DNA of 63,907 nucleotides, counting the filler, from Octopus bimaculoides (Eukaryota), in NCBI RefSeq assembly GCF_001194135.2. It is 7 parts of 7 records of this genome, joined end to end, with 100 filler letters (N's around TTAATTAATTAA, not from the genome) between each part and the next. Parts side by side here need not be neighbours in the genome. Positions count along the whole stretch, not along the records: positions 1 to 10,124 come from NC_069007.1; positions 10,225 to 26,524 come from NC_068998.1; 5 more parts are not named here. One strand, written 5' to 3'. The notes under the pieces are model-generated. The model was not told where the DNA came from, ran no database searches, and saw only the letters and a list, made by a program, of their open reading frames with translations. Positions 1-10,904 of the stretch are shown one piece after another; positions within the stretch are counted from its first letter, which is position 1, and each line of letters begins with the position of its first letter. Both the position numbers and the translations under genes were made by a program.

Positions 1-365
1 GGTTGCGACGACTAGGGTTCCAGTTGATCCGATCAACGGAACAGCCTGCTCGTGAAATTAACGTGAAAGTGGCTGAGCACTCCACAGACACGTGTACCCT
101 TAACGTAGTTCTCGGGGATATTCATCGTGACACAGTGTGACAAGGCTGACCCTTTGAATTACAGGCACAACAGAAACAGGAAGTAAGAGTGAGAGAAAGT
201 TGTGGTGAAAGAGTACAGCAGGGTTCGCCACCATCCCCTGCCGGAGCCTCGTGGAGCTTTACGTGTTTTTGCTCAATAAACACGCACAACGCCTGGTCTG
301 GGAATCGAAACCGCGATCTTATGACCGCGAGTCCGCTGCCCGAACCACTGGGCCATTGCGCCTCC
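1..365 (-). mobile_element. tRNA-derived SINE family A (in intron 3 of the VWA gene)
   Basis: Minus-strand head ggaggcgcaatggcccagtgg (A box) ... ggtttcgattccc (B box); highly similar to the copies at 7252 and 8297. Confidence 0.9.
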
Positions 366-795
366 ACTCAATTCCAGTAATTAATCATTATATCGGGCAA
401 AGTCTCATCAGGGAAGTAGAAAAGACATAACGTTAGGTTATTTGATGTTATATTTCCAAATCATCTCAACGGACTCTATTACACACACAGACTCCCCCAC
501 AACACGCACGCACACGCGCATAGACATACACATACATACATACATACATACATACATACATACATACATACATACATACATACATACATACGTAAAAATT
601 CGAAGTGAAAATTTACGTAATTTTTCCCGTTTTAGAGATTTGAGTGGGACATTGCCAGAGAAAATTTAAGATCACCAATTTAATGCAATTCTTATGAAGT
701 GACACTCAAATGTCTCAAACCACAAATATTACAAAAATTATCACTTTGAAATTTTATGTAAACGGATAATGACAATTATTAGACGTCAGACTTAC

Positions 796-1353
796 CTTTA
801 CAAGAATCAGATTCAATTTCTTTCACAATAAAACCAATTTCATTATAATCTTTCAAGTTGATGAAATGTGTACAACTGGGTTCACTTGCTGCTGCAATTA
901 ACTCGGACACTTTTGGATTGACAACTCCAATCGTAAATATAGTGACGCCATCATCTTTCAGTTTTTCAGCCGCCGCTATTGTTTCATTTTCATTATTTGA
1001 CTTTCCATCAGTCACCAAAACTAAAACTTTGGAAGCAACAGATTTTCTTGTATTTGTGAAGACACTGGTACGTGCTTTGTCAAGAGCAGTGTCCGTAGCA
1101 GTACCAGTACCATCGTAAATGATAGCGTCAATAGCATTTCTTACTGCAAAGTTCGTATTGTGGTCTCCTAAGAAAAATGATACGTTAGGTGTATCTGCAA
1201 ATCTAATCACTGCAACACGTGTCTTTTCTGGACTAATGTCTAGGTTATACACAATATTTTTCAAGAAAGTTTTTGTCTTCTCAAAGTCAGGCTTTTCAAC
1301 ACTTCCGGATGAATCAATAAGGAAAACAAGGTCGATCTGGGCACTGGCGCAAT
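796..1353 (-). CDS. Coding exon 3: von Willebrand factor A (VWA) domain, matrilin/collagen VI/XII-like; gene continues beyond window start
   Basis: Acceptor atatttccag| and donor AAAG|gtaagt; 558-nt phase 1-1 exon. DLVFLIDSSGS (DxSxS), GTAT and LVLVTDGKS give an intact MIDAS; flanking Cys in DC...SCK. Confidence 0.93.
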
Positions 1354-1479
1354 CTGGAAATATATTTAAAATCAAACTTATGTTTATGAATCTGTAAATA
1401 TTAAATTATTAAATTTATGCATTTGATTGTTATCAAATTATAACTGCTAGAATAAAAATAGGACGGAGAAAGTTCAGAG

Positions 1480-1750
1480 AGCCATTATACTTGCTGGCAA
1501 CAAAAGATCTCTCTGCATAAAGATGCAGATTGTAAGATTTTTGTAGATGAAGAGCAATGCTGCATGTGGGAAAGAGGGGACTTTGTTAGTTTGGACATGT
1601 GATGTACATGGATGAAGACTGTTGCATAAAGAAAAGGAGTCGTCTAAAATGGATAGAACTTGCGGAAGGAGAAGAGACATGAGTTGTGGAAAAGAGAGAT
1701 CTGTGTTGGTCTGGCCATGTGATATTTTTGGATGAAAGCAGGTACATAAA
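1480..1750 (+). mobile_element. RTE-clade LINE 3' ORF remnant
   Basis: Translates to L-C-*-FGHVMYMDEDCCIK, matching the LRWFGHV motif; related to the end of the 54401-55975 element. Confidence 0.65.
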
Positions 1751-2056
1751 GATGTGGCCATCGCTTAAAATAGATGGAACTTTACTGTTTTTGCAAATAC
1801 TGAATATATATTTTTATATATATTCTTTAATTGGACTGCACCGGCGGACTTGAATGCTTGGCATCCCGTACGCTGTGCCACAGTTTCCATCTCACAAATT
1901 CCATTTCCAGAAGCTATTCTCAAAGACATTTACTTGCCCAAAATGTTACATTGTGTGATCAGATTCGGAATAACTTTGTTATTTGTACCTCAATGCCTGG
2001 TCCTTCTCTCCATGACAAATATCTATCATAGAAATCTAAACAATATCTTTACTTAC

Positions 2057-2345
2057 CATTCCTCTGTTCTAATTTATTTGCTAAGCGTCTGAAGAAAAGC
2101 TTCTGGCCATTTGACGTGATATGCTGCTTCCAGAAATCTGCCTGCAGTTCAATGCTGACCGGGATTGACGTTCTTAAGTTTAAGATAAACAAGCTCATTA
2201 CCAATGCAGAATGTAAAGGTTTTTCTAGGTCAGACATTGTTGCGGTCGACACATCAACACCGAAGTCAGTTTGGACTTTACTGCAATTTGCTTTGAGCAT
2301 ATTCTTGCAAGCATTTTTGACGGTTGTCAATTGGTTGTAGGTTAC
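2057..2345 (-). CDS. Coding exon 2 (rest of N-terminal lysozyme-like domain, 96 aa + 1 nt)
   Basis: Acceptor tttgttttcgcag| at 2346 and donor G|gtaagt at 2056. Open frame VTYNQL...FGVDVSTATMSDLEKPLHSALVMSLFIL...IPVSIELQADFWKQHI...KLEQRN. Phase 0 joins exon 1 to give GGIWR-V; phase 1 joins exon 3. Confidence 0.85.
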
Positions 2346-2566
2346 CTGCGAAAACAAAGGACAAAAGCATTTATGTGCTGACCTGTTAGAAATAGCAAAT
2401 AAATCTACCTCAAATTACATCTTACTGTTATTAAAACGGGGATATATATATATACATATATATATATATATGTATATATATGCCCTTCTTTTATAACAGT
2501 AAGGTGTACTTTATAAATATATATATATATATATATCTATATATATAATGTATGTATAAACACACG

Positions 2567-3575
2567 CAGAGGTTGAGTCGAAACGGTTTCGAATTTTCAC
2601 TGATGATTTTGATAACCTGTATCTCCATGTTGTTTTGCATCTGTGATAATGGATGGCGAAAAAATTTGCAATTAGAACCATTTTACGTAATATGTGAAAA
2701 GTAGGGTTGAATGCAAGAGCAGTGGCAAAAGCTATCTCAAGGAATGTGACAGTAGTCTCGAAGACTTAGGGAGACATTTTGCTTTGGAAGATGAGGCCTT
2801 ACTTGAAACGGCTGACCAACGGGCAAGCATAAGCACTTGTACATTGTCCGTAGGACTTAGTCCATCACAAAGCATCATCAGTCGACATCTCTGTAAGTTC
2901 GGCTTTCTGAACAGATGCAGTCAAGTATTTTCTTATGAATTGACCAACAATCAGGTGCAATCACGAAGATTTGCAAACAAGTGCTGACAATTCCTGGAGA
3001 TGCCAAGTTTTGGTATAAACTTGTAACTGAGGATGGAAAATGGATCTGTTTCGTAACCCTAATGAGAGAAATTAGCGGCTTCATACCAGCCAGGCTTCAG
3101 AACCTGTTGTCAAACAAGGTGGTTTTAATAAAAGGTCTCGTTGTATGTTTGGTTGGATTTCGAGGAGGTGTGGCACTTTGAGCTTGTCCCACTATGAACA
3201 ATTAGCCTTCTGTTCAACACCTGCAGCGAGTATATGATGCTTTGAAAGCGTGCTACATGGCAATGATCAATCAGGGACGTGAATTCTTATCACATGGCAA
3301 TGCCCCTAGCAGATGCTACCAATGTGACCAAGTGAGGAACTTGAGGGGCTGGAAGTGCTCCCACACTACACCTACAGTCCAGGCTTTGCACCATCGGATT
3401 ACTATCTTTACTGAGCCCTGGCTCATTTGCTGAACGGATATGCTGGAAAGAAGAAAGTAACATCGACAAAAGGAAATTCATTAAGTTGGCTAACAATGTT
3501 TGGAGTTTGAAGACCAGTGGCACATCATATACAATCAAGTGGGGAATCGTAGAGAAATATTAACAATTTTAAAAA
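2567..3575 (+). mobile_element. Decayed mariner (Tc1/mariner) transposase pseudogene
   Basis: KLVTEDGKW (cf. IVTGDEKW); GWEVLPH-PYSPxxAPSDYYLF remnant at ~3345-3410; many stops and frameshifts. Confidence 0.8.
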
Positions 3576-3591
3576 TATTTTTTTACTGTAA

Positions 3592-3810
3592 AGGCGTAGG
3601 AGTGACTGTGTGGTAAGTAGCTTGCTTACCAACCACATGGTTCCGGGCTCAGTCCCACTGCGTGGCACCTTGGGCAAGTGTCTTCTACTATAGCCTCGGG
3701 CCGACCAAAGCCTTGTGAGTGGATTTGGTAGACGGAAACTGAAAGAAGCCCGTCGTATATATGTATATATATATATATTATATATATATATATATATATA
3801 TGTGTGCGTG
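3592..3810 (+). mobile_element. tRNA-derived SINE family B (CORE-like), truncated by gap at its internal microsatellite
   Basis: aggcgtaggagtgactgtgtggtaag... accttgggcaagtg (CORE-like) ...gaagcccgtcgtatatat; same family at 28700, 30240, 50880 and 60283. Confidence 0.9.
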
Positions 3811-4635
3811 NNNNNNNNNNNNNNNNNNNNNNNNNNNNNNNNNNNNNNNNNNNNNNNNNNNNNNNNNNNNNNNNNNNNNNNNNNNNNNNNNNNNNNNNNN
3901 NNNNNNNNNNNNNNNNNNNNNNNNNNNNNNNNNNNNNNNNNNNNNNNNNNNNNNNNNNNNNNNNNNNNNNNNNNNNNNNNNNNNNNNNNNNNNNNNNNNN
4001 NNNNNNNNNNNNNNNNNNNNNNNNNNNNNNNNNNNNNNNNNNNNNNNNNNNNNNNNNNNNNNNNNNNNNNNNNNNNNNNNNNNNNNNNNNNNNNNNNNNN
4101 NNNNNNNNNNNNNNNNNNNNNNNNNNNNNNNNNNNNNNNNNNNNNNNNNNNNNNNNNNNNNNNNNNNNNNNNNNNNNNNNNNNNNNNNNNNNNNNNNNNN
4201 NNNNNNNNNNNNNNNNNNNNNNNNNNNNNNNNNNNNNNNNNNNNNNNNNNNNNNNNNNNNNNNNNNNNNNNNNNNNNNNNNNNNNNNNNNNNNNNNNNNN
4301 NNNNNNNNNNNNNNNNNNNNNNNNNNNNNNNNNNNNNNNNNNNNNNNNNNNNNNNNNNNNNNNNNNNNNNNNNNNNNNNNNNNNNNNNNNNNNNNNNNNN
4401 NNNNNNNNNNNNNNNNNNNNNNNNNNNNNNNNNNNNNNNNNNNNNNNNNNNNNNNNNNNNNNNNNNNNNNNNNNNNNNNNNNNNNNNNNNNNNNNNNNNN
4501 NNNNNNNNNNNNNNNNNNNNNNNNNNNNNNNNNNNNNNNNNNNNNNNNNNNNNNNNNNGATACATACATACAAACGTACACACACACACACACACACACA
4601 CACATCTTGCCTTTTATATATGTACGGATTTTCAG

Positions 4636-5545
4636 TGAAAGAAGCTCCCTGGCAATGTTTAAATTTTGTCAAAAATGAAGATTTTGTTACAGGGTTAGAA
4701 ATAGACAGCAGCAAAGTAGTGAAGATGATCAGAGACACGAGGAATAGGAAAGCTGAAAGTCTGCTAGGGATAATTGCAGAGATGTTCAAAATGTCTAAAT
4801 GAGGTAGGGTATATGATTATACGATTATTACCCAGATAGTTAATCAACTTATACAAGAAGTTGTAATACCCAATGACTGACGTAGCAATATCTTGTAAAG
4901 TGCTACAAAGGCAAAGCAGATGCCTTAGAGAGAGGAAACCATAGAAGAATCGCACCACTGGATCAAGGTATGAAGATCACAAAGAGAGTCATAACCCAAT
5001 TGATCTATGATGGAGTAGACCAGCACGAGATGCAGTTTAGCTTTGTTGCCAGAAGAGGTATACCACAGATGTAATCCTACTAGTGAAGCAACTGCAGGAG
5101 AAATGCTTGGCTAAGAATAAACCACTATTTCTGGCATTCGTTGACTTGGGGAAGGCATTTGACTGAGTGTTACTGTAATCTGATGGCCACTTAAGAAACT
5201 AGGCATTGATGAATGGCTTGTGGGAATTATACAAACCATGTAGATAGATGTAGTAAGTGAAGTGAGAGACAACAATGAATTTGGTAACGAATTTAGTATG
5301 CAGGCCGGAGACTATTCAAGGTTCTGTCCTTAGCCCCTCCTTTTCTCATATTTCTAAAGGGCATCAGAGAGAGATTTAAGATCGGTCAACTACTGCGATT
5401 CCAATATGTTGATGATTTAGTTCTCGTAGCTGAATTAATAGGGAAATTAAAGAGGAAATTCTGAGCGTAGAAGCTAAACTTTGACTTGAGAAGTCTTCAT
5501 ATAAACTTAGCAAAGACGAAGGTTTTAGTAAGAAGGGGAGAAGAC
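4636..5545 (+). mobile_element. RTE-clade LINE reverse transcriptase fragment (decayed)
   Basis: Remnants of CYKGKxDAL, QLQEKCLAKNKPLFLAFVDLGKAFD and YVDD; collinear with 54401-55975. Confidence 0.85.
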
Positions 5546-5748
5546 AGGATGCTTGTTCGCTCAAATACATATATATATATAGTTCTTATAGTTATACACA
5601 CACACACACATGTGCACGCAAAGCACACAAACGCATACACCCAATACATCTTCAATCTGGAATCACATCTGGGATTAATATCTATGTATGTATGTATGTA
5701 TGTTTGTGAGTGTGTGCTTGTGTGTATATTAGCATATCTTGTACTTGC

Positions 5749-5976
5749 CCTCCATATTCCACCCGTTGTTGCTGCGATAGACTTCGTCTGGGCCTCTGCT
5801 AACCGTCTCAGGAAATAATAGTCTTGTACCAGAATACATTTCGTTCTGATTCTTCTTATGGTTGCATCGATTACAGCATTACTGGTCTCACCAGGTTTCA
5901 GGGTCAAATCTACGGCATAGACGTGTCTGGCAATGCCAAGACAAATGCCCACAAACAGAAGATATTTGATGGACAT
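5749..5976 (-). CDS. Coding exon 1 of secreted lysozyme-like-domain + VWA protein (signal peptide and start of N-terminal domain, 76 aa)
   Basis: ATG at 5976; MSIKYLLFVGICLGIARHVYA is a hydrophobic signal peptide ending in a VYA cleavage-like site. It is followed by VDLTLKPGETSNAVIDATIRRIRTKCILVQDYYFLRRLAEAQTKSIAATTGGIWR. The exon ends AGG|gcaagt (GC donor, phase 0). Confidence 0.85.
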
Positions 5977-6048
5977 TGTTGGAAATGTTTTCGCCTCTCC
6001 TTAAACGATAAAATTCAGACAGCTGCCCTCGATCCTAAACTAATCGTT

Positions 6049-6080
6049 TGGAATCCTCTCCTCAACTTCACTCTTTTATA
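6049..6080 (-). promoter_or_regulatory. Candidate TATA-box core promoter of the VWA gene
   Basis: Minus-strand TATAAAAG at 6080-6073, a CA dinucleotide 31 nt downstream (6050/6049), and the ATG ~73 nt further on. Confidence 0.45.
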
Positions 6081-6203
6081 TGAGAAGAAATTTTCTCGGA
6101 AATGAAAAGAGTGGTGGAGGTTAGAAATAACAAAATGTAGTGACACGTATGTGATAGTACTTTATATAATTGTACATACCAGAATGTCTACTGCGTAGGT
6201 TTG

Positions 6204-6244
<41 letters not shown>

Positions 6245-6504
6245 CCAACTGGTTTAAAAAATCAACCAATGACAAATGAACTTTGGAAATTCCAGAAGAA
6301 TTTTTCCAAGTACAGATTTCAAATAGAAAATGCGTGACACAAAAACCTCTTCAACTCACCATCACCCCCCACTCTCCTTGACTTCTTCTTCCTTCTCTAG
6401 ACCTTCCTTTTTTTTTCTTTTTTTTTTTCCTAATCTTATCTCACCACTTATCTACACTTAATGTTTCAATTAAATTTGATTATTTACTAATTTTGTTTGC
6501 AAAA

Positions 6505-6797
6505 ATAATTTCGAAGACCAAGTGATCCTTGGTACGCTGAGAACCCCTCCTACATCTTTTTTGTTTCCTTGGTTACGTTTCTTCCTGTGCCAGAAAAGTG
6601 TATTCTTTACCGCACATATTCCAGTGAGTATCTCCCAGATTATGTCTAGGCATTCTGTGGGACGGCAGTTTCCCACAATATTCCCCTTTCTTCTATCTTT
6701 CGTAATAAATGTTGTCCTCCCAGTCACCATCCACGCGGGGACTGTATCGTTCTGGACACGCTCATTCAATTGGCCTGCTAGTCTTTCATGCACCACG
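6505..6797 (-). mobile_element. R4/Dong-like non-LTR element, RT N-terminal fragment (inverted relative to adjacent 3' part)
   Basis: HERLAGQLNE...VPAWMVTGRTTFITKD..KGNIVGNCRP..CL, then (frameshifted) QKRCRRGSQRTKDHL. Confidence 0.85.
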
Positions 6798-7710
6798 TGG
6801 CATCTCTTACGACCACAAACCCGAAGACATCATCGAAAATGATAATGCAAAGATCCTGTGGGATTTTATGATTCAGTGCAACCATGAGATAGAAAATAGG
6901 AAGCCAGACATAGTGTTAATTGAGAAAGAAAGTAAACTATGCTGGATCATAGATATAGCATGGTCAGCTGACAACAAGGTATGCGATAAGGAAGAAAGAA
7001 AAGTCGATACATATGACAGGTTAGCTTGGGAGGTAAAGCAGTTGTGGTCGATGAAAAAGGTGGTAGTGGTACCAATAATTATCGGAGCCCTAGGAACAGT
7101 GAGTAAAAATCTCGAGTTCATGGAACAAATAGGGGCTGCAATAAGGGTGGAGCACTTGCAGAAAACAGCACTGCTTGGAATCGCTCAAATACTCCGGAAG
7201 GTGCTCGAAAAATAAGAGCTGTTACCTTAGTTCACTGGTAGTGAACAGCTGGGAGGCGCAATGGCCCAGTGGTTAGGGCAGCGGACTCGCGGTCATAGGA
7301 TCGTGGTTTCGATTCCCAGACCAGGCGTTGTGAGTGTTTATTGAGCGAAAACACCTAAAGCTCCACGAGGCTCCGGCAGGGGATGGTGGCGAACCCTGCT
7401 GTACTCTTTCACCTCAACTTTCTCTCACTCTTACTTCCTGTTTCTGTTGTGCTTGTAATTCAAAGGGTCAGCCTTGTCACACTCTGTGTCACACTGAATA
7501 TCCCCCGAGAACTACGTTAAGGGTACACGTGTCTGTGGAGTGCTCAGCCACTTGCACGTTAATTTCACGAGCAGGCTGTTCCGTTGATCGGATCGACTGG
7601 AACCCTCGACGTCGTAAGCGACGGAGTGCCAACAAGACAAAGTGAACAGCTGTCACTGTAGTACATCTCTAGCGTTAGAAGCTGTGCAAAGGCAATGATA
7701 ATAATAATTC
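6798..7710 (+). mobile_element. R4/Dong-like non-LTR element 3' part (restriction-like endonuclease + 3' UTR, (TAA)n tail), interrupted by SINE A
   Basis: KILWDF...NRKPDIVLIEK...IIDIA...K..Y..L...VVPIIIGALG...LQKTALLG..ILRKVL* (RLE, PD-(D/E)xK). The 3' UTR resumes at 7653 and ends gataataataat. Confidence 0.9.
7252..7640 (+). mobile_element. Full-length SINE family A with 12-bp target-site duplication
   Basis: TSD agtgaacagctg at 7240-7251 and 7641-7652; A and B boxes in the head. Confidence 0.93.
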
Positions 7711-7865
7711 TTTCAAATTTTTCATACAAGGCCAGCAATTTTCGGGACAGAGGGATAGCTGATGGTATTGACCCCCAATATACTACTGGTATTTTATTTT
7801 ATCAACCCTGAAAGGATGAAAGGGAAATAAGCCGTTGGCAGAATTTCAACTCAGAATATTTTAGA
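7705..7865 (-). mobile_element. SINE family C, decayed
   Basis: Contains the family-C core (minus: tttcatcctttcagggttgataaaat...taccag) and an (ATT)n tail. Confidence 0.7.
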
Positions 7866-7914
7866 ATAAATACTCGTATGCTAGGGCTGCTGCTGTATTC
7901 CATTTCTAAATACA

Positions 7915-8296
7915 GGAGTTGATGTCTCATCAAGTAGTGAATCAGATGTTTCCGCCTCTTCTACCATGACATCTACTCAGGGCCGGCCACCGATATAAGC
8001 AACAAAACTCCTACACATGAACACAAGCTTTGGTGAGTCAGATGTTGTGACTCAGATCCAGATGTTTCTATAATCCTCTTGCTGTACCATTTGTCCTCTC
8101 TCTTGAGCAAGATGTAATAAAGGCTTGCTTTGTGATAGCTTCTGACAGTTTTTTTCTAACATCTTTTCTTTCCTTGGCAACGACTTCAAGACTCCCGAGC
8201 AGCGAATGAACCCTCTAACACCTGTTTCTACAGGAACGTATATTACTTCCTACCCTTTCTATCCGTTCTTTTCAAAGAGTTCAACCGTCTCACTGT
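7915..8296 (-). mobile_element. HERO-like (R2 superfamily) RLE LINE 3' remnant
   Basis: Minus strand gives YVPVETGVRGF and QASLYYILLKREDKWY (cf. PVEVGCRGF...ASRWLWLKR..W), followed by a 3' UTR ending gatgagacatc. Confidence 0.6.
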
Positions 8297-8457
8297 GGAG
8301 GCGCAATGGCCCAGTGGTTAGGGCAGCGGACTCGTGGTCATAGGATCGTGGTTTCGATTCCCAGACCAGGCGTTGTGAGTGTTTATTGAGCGAAAACACC
8401 TAAAGCTCCACGAGGCTCCGGCAGGGGATGGTGGCGAACCCTGCTGTACTCTTTCAC
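8297..8457 (+). mobile_element. SINE family A 5' part, cut by gap
   Basis: Near-identical to 7252-7410. Confidence 0.9.
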
Positions 8458-9139
8458 NNNNNNNNNNNNNNNNNNNNNNNNNNNNNNNNNNNNNNNNNNN
8501 NNNNNNNNNNNNNNNNNNNNNNNNNNNNNNNNNNNNNNNNNNNNNNNNNNNNNNNNNNNNNNNNNNNNNNNNNNNNNNNNNNNNNNNNNNNNNNNNNNNN
8601 NNNNNNNNNNNNNNNNNNNNNNNNNNNNNNNNNNNNNNNNNNNNNNNNNNNNNNNNNNNNNNNNNNNNNNNNNNNNNNNNNNNNNNNNNNNNNNNNNNNN
8701 NNNNNNNNNNNNNNNNNNNNNNNNNNNNNNNNNNNNNNNNNNNNNNNNNNNNNNNNNNNNNNNNNNNNNNNNNNNNNNNNNNNNNNNNNNNNNNNNNNNN
8801 NNNNNNNNNNNNNNNNNNNNNNNNNNNNNNNNNNNNNNNNNNNNNNNNNNNNNNNNNNNNNNNNNNNNNNNNNNNNNNNNNNNNNNNNNNNNNNNNNNNN
8901 NNNNNNNNNNNNNNNNNNNNNNNNNNNNNNNNNNNNNNNNNNNNNNNNNNNNNNNNNNNNNNNNNNCTCACTCACTCACTACGGGTATAAATTTTTCCAA
9001 CTTCATCACAACCACCCCACTTACAATATTATACAAAGAATTGTCAAGCAATGAGAGTAGCATTTAAAATTTCATGCGGCATTTACGTGTGTTTGCTTAA
9101 GTACCATTAGACAAATGGGTATGAAACTATAGTAGAGGA

Positions 9140-9960
9140 ATTTTGATACCTATTGAAGAACAATGTCAAAACCAATTTTAAGTAAGAGACGAGAAACACG
9201 AAACAGAATCACGATTTTTAAACACTTTAGGATTTGAAAGTATTTCAAGGTTTAAGTGGAAAAAATTTCAAAAAGCCATTTCATTGAATGAGTTTACTCC
9301 GGATATGTTCGAGTCTTTCATTTTTGTTCAAGGGCTTACTGCGAAAAAAGATAGAGATGTACAAGATAGAGATATTAGCAAAATTAGATCAGGATCCAAT
9401 TTAATCCTGCAGGCGGTAGTAGAAGAATGTGAGTGTGTTGTTAATTTGTGACATGACGCAAATAAAATTGAAGAGAAAGATTGCTCTCGGATTCAAGTGT
9501 GTCAACTGGCATCGGATAAGAAGAAAACATGAACACTGAATCTATGTTATAGGTGCTGTGATATATGTTTTAAAAATAACTGTCCGTTCAAAAATATAAA
9601 ATGCTACAAGTGTGGTGAAATAGACTATAAAAAGTCACATTGTTGGACAGAACCTGAAAACGGTTCAACAGAAAAAATCGCGTAAACGGACTACCCTTGA
9701 TAAAAAATACGAACGAGCCTCAAAAAAATTTGTGTATGTAAAAATTTATAACACAAACGTAGTTACAATTGGATTCAGGCAGCGACATGTCAATAATTAA
9801 CACAGATACATGGAGAATAATCGGGAGACTTTGATTAAATAAAACCTCGAAAATTGCCCGTGGTGTTTTAGGAAAAAATTATATTTTAAGGGCGAATTGA
9901 TAAGTAATATTATATTTCAAGGAATTAGGTCAGGTGGATCGTCTATCAAGGCTAACTTCA
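9140..9960 (+). mobile_element. Ty3/gypsy LTR retrotransposon gag-protease remnant
   Basis: FIFVQGLT...VVEECE (gag), CYRC...CPFKNIKCYKCG....SHC zinc-knuckle remnants, LQLDSGSDMSIIN..TW aspartic protease motif at 9773-9830. Confidence 0.8.
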
Positions 9961-10124
9961 AAAACATGCGGAGCCATTTGAAGACACCGTTATTGCTACT
10001 TTGCGAGCAGAAAATGAAATACAAGGATATATATATATATATATATATATATATGGGAGAATATACGAAAAAACAACAACAGACGAGGACAGGTGGTGTA
10101 AATAACAAAAGGATGTATTAGTAT

Positions 10125-10224
10125 NNNNNNNNNNNNNNNNNNNNNNNNNNNNNNNNNNNNNNNNNNNNTTAATTAATTAANNNNNNNNNNNNNNNNNNNN
10201 NNNNNNNNNNNNNNNNNNNNNNNN
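10125..10224. other. Artificial scaffold spacer 44N+TTAATTAATTAA+44N (also 26525-26624, 39354-39453, 48764-48863, 58458-58557, 62770-62869)
   Basis: Six identical 100-bp structures; the 12-mer puts stop codons in all six frames. Confidence 0.95.
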
Positions 10225-10243
10225 CATGTATGTACATACCTTT

Positions 10244-10342
<99 letters not shown>

Positions 10343-10904
10343 ATACATATATATATATGTTGTATATTATATACTCACACTTATACATATGTGTACATAT
10401 ATGTGTGGTTGTGTGTGTGCTCTGCGCGTGTGTTTGTACGATGTACGAATATACGCAAGCAAGTATGTATGTTTGTATGTATGAGCGTGTATTATGTATG
10501 CATTTCTGTCCATGTTTGTATATGTGTGCCTGCGTGCATGATTGTTTATACTACGGACAACTATACATATAAGCAAACGAATATTGTCTAACAAAAAAAA
10601 ACGAGTATAAAAGTTTTCGTTCCAAGATTAAATTTAACCATTTGTTGATAGCAATCTTTTCTTTTACTTTCAACAGACATCAATTTCCTGTTGGCTCGTC
10701 TTTTACAATGACCATCAACAAATTGTATATATTTTCGCACTTAATTCTATAATAGCTTTCAAAACATTTCATTAAGACATAATTGATGACACGAGAATAT
10801 AATTAACGGCACGGGTACATTAGGATAGTGTATGATATGTATATGTGATATATTATATATACGATTTATATATATATCTAATATGGTATATTTAATATAT
10901 ATTC

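Noticed and set aside
858-1397. Plus-strand ORFs 858-1118 and 1119-1397
   Set aside because: Antisense shadows of the VWA exon.
1474-1761. Minus ORF as a possible extra exon of the VWA gene
   Set aside because: It is antisense to an RTE remnant, and exons 2 and 3 already join in phase.
7252-7325. tRNA genes (also 23267, 25884, 8297)
   Set aside because: A/B boxes are present but there is no paired acceptor stem, and the heads continue into SINE bodies.
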